Below are positions 1 to 8,621 of a DNA stretch of 64,000 nt, piece by piece (within the stretch, counting starts at the first letter, position 1; each line of letters begins with the position of its first letter). The stretch spans positions 1 through 64,000 of the IMG/VR virus record IMGVR_UViG_3300044693_000247, one strand, 5' to 3'. The DNA is from a virus (Duplodnaviria; Caudoviricetes). The notes under the pieces are model-generated. The model was not told where the DNA came from. It did no database searches and saw only the letters and a list, made by a program, of their open reading frames with translations. A program made the position numbers and the translations under genes.

Positions 1-26
1 GCGGCCTGGATCGAGTAAGGGAGCGC

Positions 27-305
27 GTGCAGCGCGCATTCCGGCTGCAGGGGGGAACCCGGGGCCTCGAGATCGTCGATGGCCCCGGGGGCACCGTCGA
101 GTACGAGACGTTCACCTGCATCCACTGCAACGAGATCGTCCGGGTCCCGCACCGGGCGAGTCCAGACGACTGTGGCGGGTTCTGCCGGCAGTGCATGGCT
201 CCGACTTGCCCGAAGTGCACGGCCAAGGGCGTCTGCACGCCGTTCCTGAAGAAGGTCGAGGAGATCGAGCGCCGCGCCCGGATGCTGGCCGCGATCGGCG
301 TCTGA
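27..305 (+). CDS. Small Cys-rich (zinc-binding) hypothetical protein
   Basis: GTG start after AGGGAG; several CxxC motifs (CIHC, CRQC, CPKC). Confidence 0.7.
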   Translation: MQRAFRLQGGTRGLEIVDGPGGTVEYETFTCIHCNEIVRVPHRASPDDCGGFCRQCMAPTCPKCTAKGVCTPFLKKVEEIERRARMLAAIGV

Positions 306-320
306 GAGAAAGGAGCGGTC

Positions 321-1679
321 GTGGGCCCGCTGCGCATTTCGTCGAACGGCCGCTACCTGCTCGAGAACAACGGAACGCCGATCTGGCTCCAGGTCGACTC
401 CGGATGGGAACTGTTCACGCAGCTCAATCAGTCGGACGTCCAGTTCTACCTCGACACTCGTGTAGCGCAGGGATTCAACGCCTGCCTATGCGAGTTCATG
501 GACCACCAGTTCTCGCCTGGCGGAACCACCACACCGAACAACGCCAACGGCGACACGCCGTTCACCGGCACCGTTCCCAGTACTACATCGCAGGATTTCA
601 CTACGCCGAACGAACCGTACTGGGCGAACAACGACTGGGTGATCGATCGCGCTGCTGAGCGAGGAATATTTCTGCTGGCCACTCCCGCGTATACGGGGTT
701 TCTCGGCACGCAAGAGGGCTGGTACGACGTCATGGCCGACAACGGCACCGCGCGGTTGGCGACGTACGGGAACTTCATCGGCAGTCGATACGCCAGCAAG
801 AACAACCTCGTGTACGTGCACGGAGGCGATCGCAATCCCGCAAACATCGCGCTCGTCGATGCAGTTGCGAACGGGATCCGCGCGAAGGATCCGACGAAGC
901 TGTTCACGGCGCACGCCGCGCCGGAGACCAGCGCAGCGGACGAGTTCGGTGCCGAGGGCTGGCTCGACATCAACAGCACCTACTCCTACGACGGCATCTC
1001 GACCGCGATGGACGTCTACAACAAGTACCTCATCGACTACAACCGGTCGACGGTGCGTCCTTATCTTGGACCGCTCGAGAGTCAGTACGAGCAGGAGAGC
1101 GCCGATCCGCAGGGGAACGCCTGGACCGCGCAGAGGATCCGGCGCCAATCATGGTGGGGGGCCATGTGCGGGGCCTGCGGCCAGACGTACGGCAACATCA
1201 TGTGGCGGATGACGACCGCCATCGGATGGAAGACGCACATCAACGACGCCGGCGCGACCCACATGCAGATCCTGGCGCAGATCATGAAGCCGCGTCGGTG
1301 GTACGACTGCGTTCCGGACCAGAGCCATGCCTTCGTCACCTCGGGATTCGGGACCAGCGGGGCGCTGGACTACCTGGCCGCGATGATCGACGGCCGCGGC
1401 GAACTCGCGATGCTCTATATGCCAACGTCGCGATCGTTCACGATCGATGCGACGCAGATGAAGAAGCCGTTCAACGTCACGCAGTACGATCCCACGAACG
1501 GGACCGCGACGCTGGTCTCTGGATCTCCCTTCGCGTGCGCTGGATCGAAGACGTTCTCGGCGCCTGGCACGAATGCCAGCGGGTCCGACAACGACTGGGT
1601 GTACGTGTTTGAGGCGGCGAACGAGCTCAAGATTACGCCGCACCCGATCTCTGTGAACGTCGGATTTGCGAGGCGGTAA
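321..1679 (+). CDS. DUF4038 / GH140 (apiosidase-like) glycoside hydrolase with C-terminal putative collagen-binding-like domain
   Basis: N-terminal pattern ISSNGRYL...GTPIWLQVDSGWELF...YLDTRVAQGFN, HGGD, LESQYE, RRQSWWGAMCGACGQTYGN is typical of DUF4038 proteins; RBS AAGGAG. Confidence 0.75.
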   Translation: MGPLRISSNGRYLLENNGTPIWLQVDSGWELFTQLNQSDVQFYLDTRVAQGFNACLCEFMDHQFSPGGTTTPNNANGDTPFTGTVPSTTSQDFTTPNEPYWANNDWVIDRAAERGIFLLATPAYTGFLGTQEGWYDVMADNGTARLATYGNFIGSRYASKNNLVYVHGGDRNPANIALVDAVANGIRAKDPTKLFTAHAAPETSAADEFGAEGWLDINSTYSYDGISTAMDVYNKYLIDYNRSTVRPYLGPLESQYEQESADPQGNAWTAQRIRRQSWWGAMCGACGQTYGNIMWRMTTAIGWKTHINDAGATHMQILAQIMKPRRWYDCVPDQSHAFVTSGFGTSGALDYLAAMIDGRGELAMLYMPTSRSFTIDATQMKKPFNVTQYDPTNGTATLVSGSPFACAGSKTFSAPGTNASGSDNDWVYVFEAANELKITPHPISVNVGFARR

Positions 1680-2365
1680 TGGCAGCCCGTAGCAGCTCAG
1701 CGTCGACATTTCTCAGCCTCGGCGCGAACCTCCCGGCGATCACGAGCAGCACGATCATGGGCTGGTTCTTCCGGGTGGGGGCCGGGACAGGAACGGGGAC
1801 CGACTCGCTGTTCGCGATCGGGGACGCGAGCAACGTCGCCAACGTCTTCTGCAACGTCTCGACCGGTAAATACTCGTTGTTCGACGGCAACCTCGACCAC
1901 GATTCCACGATCGCGATCGCGAACACTACCTGGACTCACTTCGCGATGACCTGCTCGGGCGCAGGCGCAAATCAGCTCATCATGTATATCAACGGAACGC
2001 AGGCGGCGACCGGCACCCTGACAGGGGTCACCGCAGCGACGATCTGGTTCATGGGTGACGGGACGGGATTCGCGGAGTGGTACAACGGACGCGTCTGCGG
2101 AGCGCACATCTTCAACCGCGCCCTCTCCGCCTCCGAGATCCTGCTCGCATCGAAGTCGATCTTCTTCGGCGGATCGATGGCGAACGTCGTAGGCGCGTAT
2201 CCGATCCTGAGCGGTGGCAGCCGCACCGCGGACGTCAGCGGCCTCGGGCACAACCTGATCGACAACGGCCCGACATCGGACGAGGCCGACGCCGGAACGA
2301 TCCCGATCAGCATTCCCTACTTCCCTGTCGAGCCTGCGCGTGTGCACACGATCGTGAGGATCTAG
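1679..2365 (+). CDS. LamG / concanavalin A-like lectin-glucanase domain protein
   Basis: WTHFAMT...LIMYING...WYNGRVCGAHIFNRALSASEI LamG signature; start coupled to upstream stop. Confidence 0.8.
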   Translation: MAARSSSASTFLSLGANLPAITSSTIMGWFFRVGAGTGTGTDSLFAIGDASNVANVFCNVSTGKYSLFDGNLDHDSTIAIANTTWTHFAMTCSGAGANQLIMYINGTQAATGTLTGVTAATIWFMGDGTGFAEWYNGRVCGAHIFNRALSASEILLASKSIFFGGSMANVVGAYPILSGGSRTADVSGLGHNLIDNGPTSDEADAGTIPISIPYFPVEPARVHTIVRI

Positions 2366-4507
2366 GTGAGCAGCGGCGGCGCACAACAGGTCCTCGTCGT
2401 CCGCCATGTCGACCGGAACGACTGGGTTCCGGCGGCTCTGAGCTCCCCGTTCACGCCCGCGGCCTGGTTCGATGCCCAGCCCGTGGAGCGGCCGAAGAGA
2501 TCGCGCCCGCAGCCCTGGGAGCAGGGCTGGAACCTGACCGCGATGGCGTTCGCGCCTGGCCCCTGGGGCTTCGAGGCGCCGCGCGACGAGAGACCGGCGA
2601 AATGGAGGCGTCCGCCGGATAACGATCCGTACCCGTTTGACGCCACTCCGTTCGTCGCGAAGCCTGCCGGCGCAGACGCGGGTCGCGACGAACGAACGCG
2701 CCCGTGGCGTCGACCTCCGGAGAACGAGCCGTGGTCGCAGGACGCGCTGCCATTCACGCCGACGTCGATCGGATGGCTCGGCAGCGCGCCAGATCGCCCG
2801 ATGGGGCCGCGCCGTGTCCCGGTCTCAGATGGCGACGGCCAAGGCGCCGGCGGGACACTGGCCGAGCTGGACTTTATCGTCGACGAGCCGCCACGGTGGT
2901 GGAAGCCATTCCGGGCCGCGTTGCTCGAGGACACCCCGTTCGCGCTGGCGCATGCGTTCCCGTTCGCGGCGATCTCGACAGTCGAGTTCGAGGACGCGGC
3001 CAGAACCCGCGCTTGGCGACGTCCGGTGCAGGAGGAGGCGTTCGTCCCGCCGGCGCTCAGCGCCCTGGCGGTTGAGGGTTGGATCGGGGCCGATAGCAGT
3101 CGGGCCCGGCCCTGGCGGTCGCCTGCGGTGCTCCCCGAGAACCCGACGCCGACAGGAATACCGCAGACGCTCGCCGTACAACCGCCACCTGCGGTCGTGG
3201 AGAGCACGCGGCCGGCACGCCTGCGCTCAGCCGCCCTGCTGCCGGACAACGCCACCCCCGGGCCGTCTCCGATGTTGCTCTTCCCGCAGCCCCCGGTCCG
3301 CGGAGACGAACCGGAGCGAACGCATGCCCAGCGTCCGCCGCTCCTGCCCGAGAACCCGACGCCAGGCCCGAATCCGCTGCTGCTGGCGCCCCAGCCGCCA
3401 GTCCGAGGCGACGAGCCAGAGCGCCCGCGTCAGCTCCGCGCCCCGCTGCACCCCGACAACGCCACGCCAACCGGCGCGCCCATGGTGCTGTTCCCCGCCG
3501 CCCCGGTCGCGCCGGTGGAGAGCGCGCGCCCGCAGGCTGGACGGTCAGCGGCGATCGCGCCCGAGAACCCGACGCCGATGGGCGCCCCGATGGCGCTGTT
3601 TCCGCAGCCGCCTGTCTCCCAGGACGACGCCCGCGTTCCGGGCTACCGCCGCCCGCGCCAGGATGCCGGGCCGCCGCCCCCGCCGGACTTTCTCGTCCAG
3701 CTCCGCACCGCCGGGTGGGAGCAGGAAGACCCGCTCGCCCGCCGCCCGAAGCGCCCGGACATCTCGGAGACCGTCACGCCGCCTGGCGCCTCGATGGTGG
3801 GCGTCCTGGGCGTGTTCGTGCCGGTGGAGGACGAATCGCGACCGCGCCTGGCCTTCCGGCGGTTCGACGAGCCGGTGTTCATCCCGGGCGCCCCGGCGCT
3901 GCCGCCGGCCATCCCGCCGAACGAGGATCCGCGCGCGCCGGCGCCCCGGGGACGCCGCGGGCTCGAGGGCACGGCGGCGGTTGGGGCGCTGTCGTTTCTG
4001 CCGCCGCTCGGCGAGGCGCCGCCGGCGGATCGGACGCACCTGGCGCGCCGGGTGCTGGCAGAGGACGTGGGCGCCGTGGGCTCGCCGATCGTGGCGCTCC
4101 TGCCCGCATTCGCCGAGGTCACTGGGCTCGAGGAACCGCGCCGCGCGCGCCGCGCTCTGCTTGACGACGGAGCGCCAGTCGGATCGCCGCTCCTGACCAT
4201 TCTGCCGTTCGCTGCCGCCGAGGAGGCCGCCAGGCCGCGATGCCGCCGCGCTTGGGCACTGGCGCCGATGGACGATGTGATCGGTCCCTCGATGCCGCCC
4301 CCGCCTCCGCTCGGCTGGTTGGGCTTCGCGCCCGAGAAGATCCCGCACGCTCCGCCGCCGGTGCACGTCGTCGATGCATGGCCTGAGGCGCGCCTCGGAG
4401 AGTTTGCGTTCAACCCGCGGATCATCCCCCGCGCGCGCCCAGGAGCCTTTGGCACCCGCGTCGGAGCCCGCGGAAATTCCGGCCCGACCAACGACGGCCG
4501 AGGATAG
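2366..4507 (+). CDS. Proline-rich repeat protein, probably virion-associated
   Basis: 713-aa ORF directly after the LamG stop; internal RRPP and P(E/D)N(P/A)TP repeats. Confidence 0.65.
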   Translation: MSSGGAQQVLVVRHVDRNDWVPAALSSPFTPAAWFDAQPVERPKRSRPQPWEQGWNLTAMAFAPGPWGFEAPRDERPAKWRRPPDNDPYPFDATPFVAKPAGADAGRDERTRPWRRPPENEPWSQDALPFTPTSIGWLGSAPDRPMGPRRVPVSDGDGQGAGGTLAELDFIVDEPPRWWKPFRAALLEDTPFALAHAFPFAAISTVEFEDAARTRAWRRPVQEEAFVPPALSALAVEGWIGADSSRARPWRSPAVLPENPTPTGIPQTLAVQPPPAVVESTRPARLRSAALLPDNATPGPSPMLLFPQPPVRGDEPERTHAQRPPLLPENPTPGPNPLLLAPQPPVRGDEPERPRQLRAPLHPDNATPTGAPMVLFPAAPVAPVESARPQAGRSAAIAPENPTPMGAPMALFPQPPVSQDDARVPGYRRPRQDAGPPPPPDFLVQLRTAGWEQEDPLARRPKRPDISETVTPPGASMVGVLGVFVPVEDESRPRLAFRRFDEPVFIPGAPALPPAIPPNEDPRAPAPRGRRGLEGTAAVGALSFLPPLGEAPPADRTHLARRVLAEDVGAVGSPIVALLPAFAEVTGLEEPRRARRALLDDGAPVGSPLLTILPFAAAEEAARPRCRRAWALAPMDDVIGPSMPPPPPLGWLGFAPEKIPHAPPPVHVVDAWPEARLGEFAFNPRIIPRARPGAFGTRVGARGNSGPTNDGRG
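3121..3640 (+). repeat. Five degenerate in-frame tandem repeats of 105-108 bp (35-36 aa)
   Basis: CC(C/G)GA(G/C)AAC(C/G)C..C.CC units at about 3134, 3242, 3347, 3452 and 3560. Confidence 0.8.
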
Positions 4508-4511
4508 GCGA

Positions 4512-4916
4512 ATGGCCCAGACGCTCCCGGACATCAACCTCGGACCGGGCGACACCGGCCCGGTCCTCCAGGACACCCTCAACAACGGCAACCTCCCGGA
4601 CGGAAGCCCCGGCGGCCCCATGGACCTGACCGGCGCCACGGTGGTGTTCGAGTACCAGGACCGCGGCCAGACCGCCAACCCCGTCACCCGCCCGGTGACC
4701 ATCGTGGGCGACCCCACGCAGGGCAACGTGGAGCTCGACTGGATGACCACCGGAGGTCCCGTGGCGCCCGGCGACTACGACTGCCGCTACGTGGTCACCT
4801 TCGCGGACGGCCACCAGGTCACGGTCCCGGACGGCACCGAGCTCACCGACACCGGCCAGGTGGCCGACAGGTTCCTGTGGCTGCACGTCGGACGGGCGTT
4901 CGTGCAGGTCGCCTGA
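4512..4916 (+). CDS. BppU N-terminal-like (baseplate upper protein) domain protein
   Basis: GDTGP.L..TL...MDLTGATVVF...GNVEL.W...GDYDCRYVVTFADG pattern; ATG at 4512 after AGGA. Confidence 0.65.
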   Translation: MAQTLPDINLGPGDTGPVLQDTLNNGNLPDGSPGGPMDLTGATVVFEYQDRGQTANPVTRPVTIVGDPTQGNVELDWMTTGGPVAPGDYDCRYVVTFADGHQVTVPDGTELTDTGQVADRFLWLHVGRAFVQVA

Positions 4917-5665
4917 TGGCGGAGCCCCGCCAGAACCTCGCTTGGTGGCCGCCCGATGGCCTCGTGATCGCGGTGCAATACTGGGCTGGCGACGAGCCGC
5001 AGGCGATACGCCTCGCCCGCCTGCTCGCCGACATCGAGCCCGAGCGCCGCGATGACGTCACGATCGCGCTCTGCCGCCGCTTCGACTGCCCGAAGTCGCC
5101 TGAGGCCCAGGCCGCCTACTGGCACTGCGCCGAGAAGTTCAAGGTGATGTTCGTGCAGAGCCAGCGGATGGGCGAGGGCCACCCCGACGGCTGCAACGCG
5201 CTCTGGGGCGGGACCTTCGCGGCGCTCGCTCGGTCCTGGGCACGGGGACGCCTGCGGTGCGAGAGCGCCTTCTTCGTGGAGCCGGATGGCGTGCCGCTGC
5301 ACCGGGACTGGATCGACCGCCTGCGCGCCGAGCACGCCTCTGCGCTCCGCGCCGGACGCAGGATCACCGGCTGCCTGACCGAGAACCCGATCCCGCACGT
5401 CAACGGTACCCTCCTGGCTCACCTATCGCTCTGGTACGACGCCCCATCGATCCGCATCCCGCCGCCGGTCGGCCAAGCCTGGGACCTCTTCCACCGCGCG
5501 CCCCTGCTCCAGCACACGCAGCCGACGTCACTCGTCCGGAACATCTATGGCGCCACCGGATGGACGCCAACTGCCCTCAAGGCGATGAGCCGTGAGATCG
5601 CCTGGCTGGCGTCCGCCAAGGACGACACGGCGTTCGAGTACGCCCGCACGCTGGTGGCCGCGTGA
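4916..5665 (+). CDS. Putative glycosyltransferase-like protein
   Basis: TGATG coupling; FFVEPDGVPLHRDWIDRL resembles the DxD region of GT-A folds; HVNGT motif; adjacent to an FkbM methyltransferase. Confidence 0.45.
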   Translation: MAEPRQNLAWWPPDGLVIAVQYWAGDEPQAIRLARLLADIEPERRDDVTIALCRRFDCPKSPEAQAAYWHCAEKFKVMFVQSQRMGEGHPDGCNALWGGTFAALARSWARGRLRCESAFFVEPDGVPLHRDWIDRLRAEHASALRAGRRITGCLTENPIPHVNGTLLAHLSLWYDAPSIRIPPPVGQAWDLFHRAPLLQHTQPTSLVRNIYGATGWTPTALKAMSREIAWLASAKDDTAFEYARTLVAA

Positions 5666-6363
5666 CGTTCTACGAGCCGCACCCGACCTGTCAGATCCCG
5701 AACCTGCCGGCTCTCTACGAGGACCTCTTCGGCCGCACCGACTGCGGGCAGTTCGTGGAGGTGGGCGCCTACGACGGCGAGACGTACTCGAACACGTCGT
5801 TCCTGGCCGACCTCGGCTGGCGGGGTCTCTACCTCGAGCCGATCACCGAGCAGGCCGCCGCCTGCGCGCTCCGCCACCTCCGCAACTTCCGGACCCGCAT
5901 GTTGCCCGTGGCCGCCGCTGCACATGACGGGATGATCGAGCTCCTGGTCCGAGGCCCGCTCACCACCGGTTCGCCTGCCGTCGCTGCCCTCCACGACCGC
6001 CTCGCCTGGGCCGACGCTCACCGGCACCAGGGCCGGCGCATGGTCCCGTGCCGCCGCCTCGGTCCGCTACTTGAGCAGGCGGGCTACCCGGCGGACTTCG
6101 ATCTCCTGGTGGTCGACGTCGAGGGCGCCGAGGCGGACGTGATCGCGGGCCTCGACCTCTCACGCTGGCGCCCACGGGCCATGATCGTCGAGCTGCACGA
6201 GGGCAACCCCGAGCACGAGGCGTTCGCGAACGAGTCGCGCGCGCTGCGCGCGGCGATCGAGACCGCCGGCTACGAGGTCATCTACGCCGACCAGATCAAC
6301 ACCGTATTTCGGTGTCGCGATCGCCATCCAGCGGATGGCCGACGCGCATTCGTCCACGGCTAG
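5662..6363 (+). CDS. FkbM family SAM-dependent methyltransferase
   Basis: FVEVGAYDGETYSNT...GWRGLYLEP, DLLVVDVEGAE, RPRAMIVE motifs. Confidence 0.9.
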   Translation: MTFYEPHPTCQIPNLPALYEDLFGRTDCGQFVEVGAYDGETYSNTSFLADLGWRGLYLEPITEQAAACALRHLRNFRTRMLPVAAAAHDGMIELLVRGPLTTGSPAVAALHDRLAWADAHRHQGRRMVPCRRLGPLLEQAGYPADFDLLVVDVEGAEADVIAGLDLSRWRPRAMIVELHEGNPEHEAFANESRALRAAIETAGYEVIYADQINTVFRCRDRHPADGRRAFVHG

Positions 6364-6364
6364 G

Positions 6365-6646
6365 CGGTGTTAACACCGAATTTTCGTCTCGATCGGCTGT
6401 CGCCGATGCTGGTCCCGTGGCCGCCGCGCGAAACCTCGGACGATCGCGCTCCGTGAAGGTCGTCGGCTTCCGCCTGTCCGCTGCGGAGCGGGCGGCGGGC
6501 GAAGCCGTGGCCGACGGCATGGGAGTTCGCCTCGGCGAGCTGGCGCGGCGGGCGTATCTCGCGGCGGTGGCGGCGGCGGACGCGAAGCCGGGCGGACGGG
6601 GTGCGTTCGAGGGCGTGTTAACACCGGCGGGAATGGTGTCAACACC
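6365..6646. promoter_or_regulatory. Three GTGT(T/C)AACAC palindromic operator-like sites upstream of terS
   Basis: Perfect 14-bp palindrome CGGTGTTAACACCG at 6365-6378; GTGTTAACAC at 6615-6624; GGTGTCAACACC at 6635-6646. Confidence 0.55.
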
Positions 6647-6692
6647 GCGCAATGGCAGGGAATTGCGGGTTGAGTACGACCGCGAGGATTGA
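6453..6692 (+). CDS. Ribbon-helix-helix (CopG-like) DNA-binding protein
   Basis: VKVVGFRLSAAERAAGEAVADGMGVRLGELARRAY has the RHH beta-helix-G-helix pattern; GTG start is inferred. Confidence 0.5.
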   Translation: MKVVGFRLSAAERAAGEAVADGMGVRLGELARRAYLAAVAAADAKPGGRGAFEGVLTPAGMVSTPRNGRELRVEYDRED

Positions 6693-6695
6693 CCG

Positions 6696-7271
6696 ATGGC
6701 GGACCAGAAACCGAAGAAGACCAGGAAGCTGACAGCGCGACAGGCTCGCTTCGTCGCCGAGTACCTCGTCGATCTCAACGCCTGCCAGGCCGCCATCCGA
6801 GCCGGCTACAGCCCAAAGGTGGCAGAGACCTGCGGGCCGCGGCTGCTCAGGAATGCTCAGGTGGCCGATGCGATTTCCAAGGCGAAAGAGGCACGTACGG
6901 TCCGCACCGAGATCACGCAAGACCGCGTGCTCGAGGAGCTTGCCGCGCTGGCGTTCTCGGACGTGACCCACTACTCGGTGGACGACGCCGGCAGGCTCAC
7001 CGTCGCGGACGGCGCTCCGCCATCCTCCCGCCGGGCTATCTCGTCGATCAAGAAGCGGCGCATCGTCGACAAGGACGGCGGAGTCACGCACGAGGTGGAG
7101 ATCAAGCTATGGGACAAGCCCGGGCCGCTGAAGCTGGCGGGCCGGCACGTGGGACTGTTCCCGGATAGAGTCGAGATCACGGGCAAGAACGGCGGCCCCG
7201 TCGAAGCTGGTCTCAAGGCCGATGGCATGGTGCTCGACATGCTGAAGAAGCTGGCGGGCGAGGCCGAATAG
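6696..7271 (+). CDS. terS: Terminase small subunit
   Basis: KLTARQARFVAEYLVDLNACQAAIRAGYS...RLLRN signature. Confidence 0.95.
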   Translation: MADQKPKKTRKLTARQARFVAEYLVDLNACQAAIRAGYSPKVAETCGPRLLRNAQVADAISKAKEARTVRTEITQDRVLEELAALAFSDVTHYSVDDAGRLTVADGAPPSSRRAISSIKKRRIVDKDGGVTHEVEIKLWDKPGPLKLAGRHVGLFPDRVEITGKNGGPVEAGLKADGMVLDMLKKLAGEAE

Positions 7272-7277
7272 CGCGCC

Positions 7278-8621
7278 GTGAGCCTCTCGCTTCTCGCGCG
7301 GGCGGCGCAGAAACAGGGCGGCGTCGAGGCCCTGGTCAGGGCGCTCGGCGTCGATCGAGCCGAGCAGGTGGCGCGCTGCTGGCGGGCGATCGCGAGACCC
7401 GAGCAGCTCCCGCCGCAGGGCGACTGGCTGGTGTGGCTCGTTCGGGCGGGCCGCGGTTTCGGCAAGACCCGCTGCGGGGCGGAATGGGTCAAGGAAGAGG
7501 TGGAGAGCGGGCGGCGCGGTCGGTTCGCGCTGGTCGCACCCACGGCAGCCGACGTCCGCGACACCATGATCGAGGGCGAGAGCGGCCTCCTCTCGCTCTA
7601 CGCCAACGACAACGACGGCAGGCCAGAATACGAGCCGTCCAAGCGCCGCATCACCTGGCCGAATGGCGCCATCGCCACGACGTTCTCGGCCGAGGAGCCG
7701 GACCGCCTCCGTGGCCCTCAGCACGACGGATTCTGGGCCGACGAGCTCGCAGCGTGGGCCGATCCGGAAGCCACCTGGGACCAACTGCAGTTCGGTCTGC
7801 GGCTCGGCAAGAACCCTCGCGGAATCGTCACGACGACGCCGCGTCCGATCGCGCTCATCCGCAAGCTGATCGCCGATCCCGATACCGTCGTCACCCAGGG
7901 GTCGACCTACGACAACGCGGCGAACCTGGCGCCATCGTTCCTGAAGAAGATCCGGGATGCCTACGAGGGCACGCGGCTGGGGCGACAGGAGATCCACGCC
8001 GAAATCCTCGACGACAATCCAGGCGCGCTCTGGAAGCTGGCGCAGATCGAGAAACTACGCGTGCGAACGATGCCCGAGCTACGCCGAATCGGCGTAGGCG
8101 TCGACCCGGCGGAAACCGCCAACGAGAACAGCAACGAGACCGGGATCGTGGTAGCCGGCGCCGGCGAATGCAGTTGCAAGGGCACGCCCGAGATCCACGG
8201 ATTCGTGTTCGACGATCGATCAGGGATATACACGCCAGACGGTTGGGCCAAGCAAGTGGCAAGCGCCTACCACGATCATGACGCCGACCTCGTCATCCCG
8301 GAGGTGAACGCTGGCGGCGACCTGGTGGTCTCGAATCTCCGCACGCTGGGCGACAAGGACCTGGCCATCTATACCAGTCCGACGGGACGCCCCGGTGTGG
8401 TCGCGTCCCGAGGTAAGCAGACGCGCGCGGAGCCGATCGCCTCATTCTACGAGCAGGGAAAGGTGCACCACGTCGGGACACTGTCCAAGCTCGAGGATCA
8501 GATGACGCAGTGGAACCCGCTCACCGACCGGAAGAGCCCGGACCGCGTTGATGCGCTGGTTTGGGTGCTGTCCTGGCTGATGCTCCAGAAGCACGCCCGA
8601 ACCATGTTCGAGGCTCTCTAG
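7278..8621 (+). CDS. terL: Terminase large subunit
   Basis: Walker A GRGFGKT, LRGPQ, Walker B FWADE, TTTP, nuclease GVDPA, SPDRVDALVW. Confidence 0.97.
   Translation: MSLSLLARAAQKQGGVEALVRALGVDRAEQVARCWRAIARPEQLPPQGDWLVWLVRAGRGFGKTRCGAEWVKEEVESGRRGRFALVAPTAADVRDTMIEGESGLLSLYANDNDGRPEYEPSKRRITWPNGAIATTFSAEEPDRLRGPQHDGFWADELAAWADPEATWDQLQFGLRLGKNPRGIVTTTPRPIALIRKLIADPDTVVTQGSTYDNAANLAPSFLKKIRDAYEGTRLGRQEIHAEILDDNPGALWKLAQIEKLRVRTMPELRRIGVGVDPAETANENSNETGIVVAGAGECSCKGTPEIHGFVFDDRSGIYTPDGWAKQVASAYHDHDADLVIPEVNAGGDLVVSNLRTLGDKDLAIYTSPTGRPGVVASRGKQTRAEPIASFYEQGKVHHVGTLSKLEDQMTQWNPLTDRKSPDRVDALVWVLSWLMLQKHARTMFEAL

Noticed and set aside
3121-3640. Regularly spaced ~18-bp repeats resembling a CRISPR array
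   Set aside because: The period is 105-108 bp, always a multiple of 3. The repeats are degenerate at wobble positions and the 'spacers' resemble each other, so these are protein-coding repeats.
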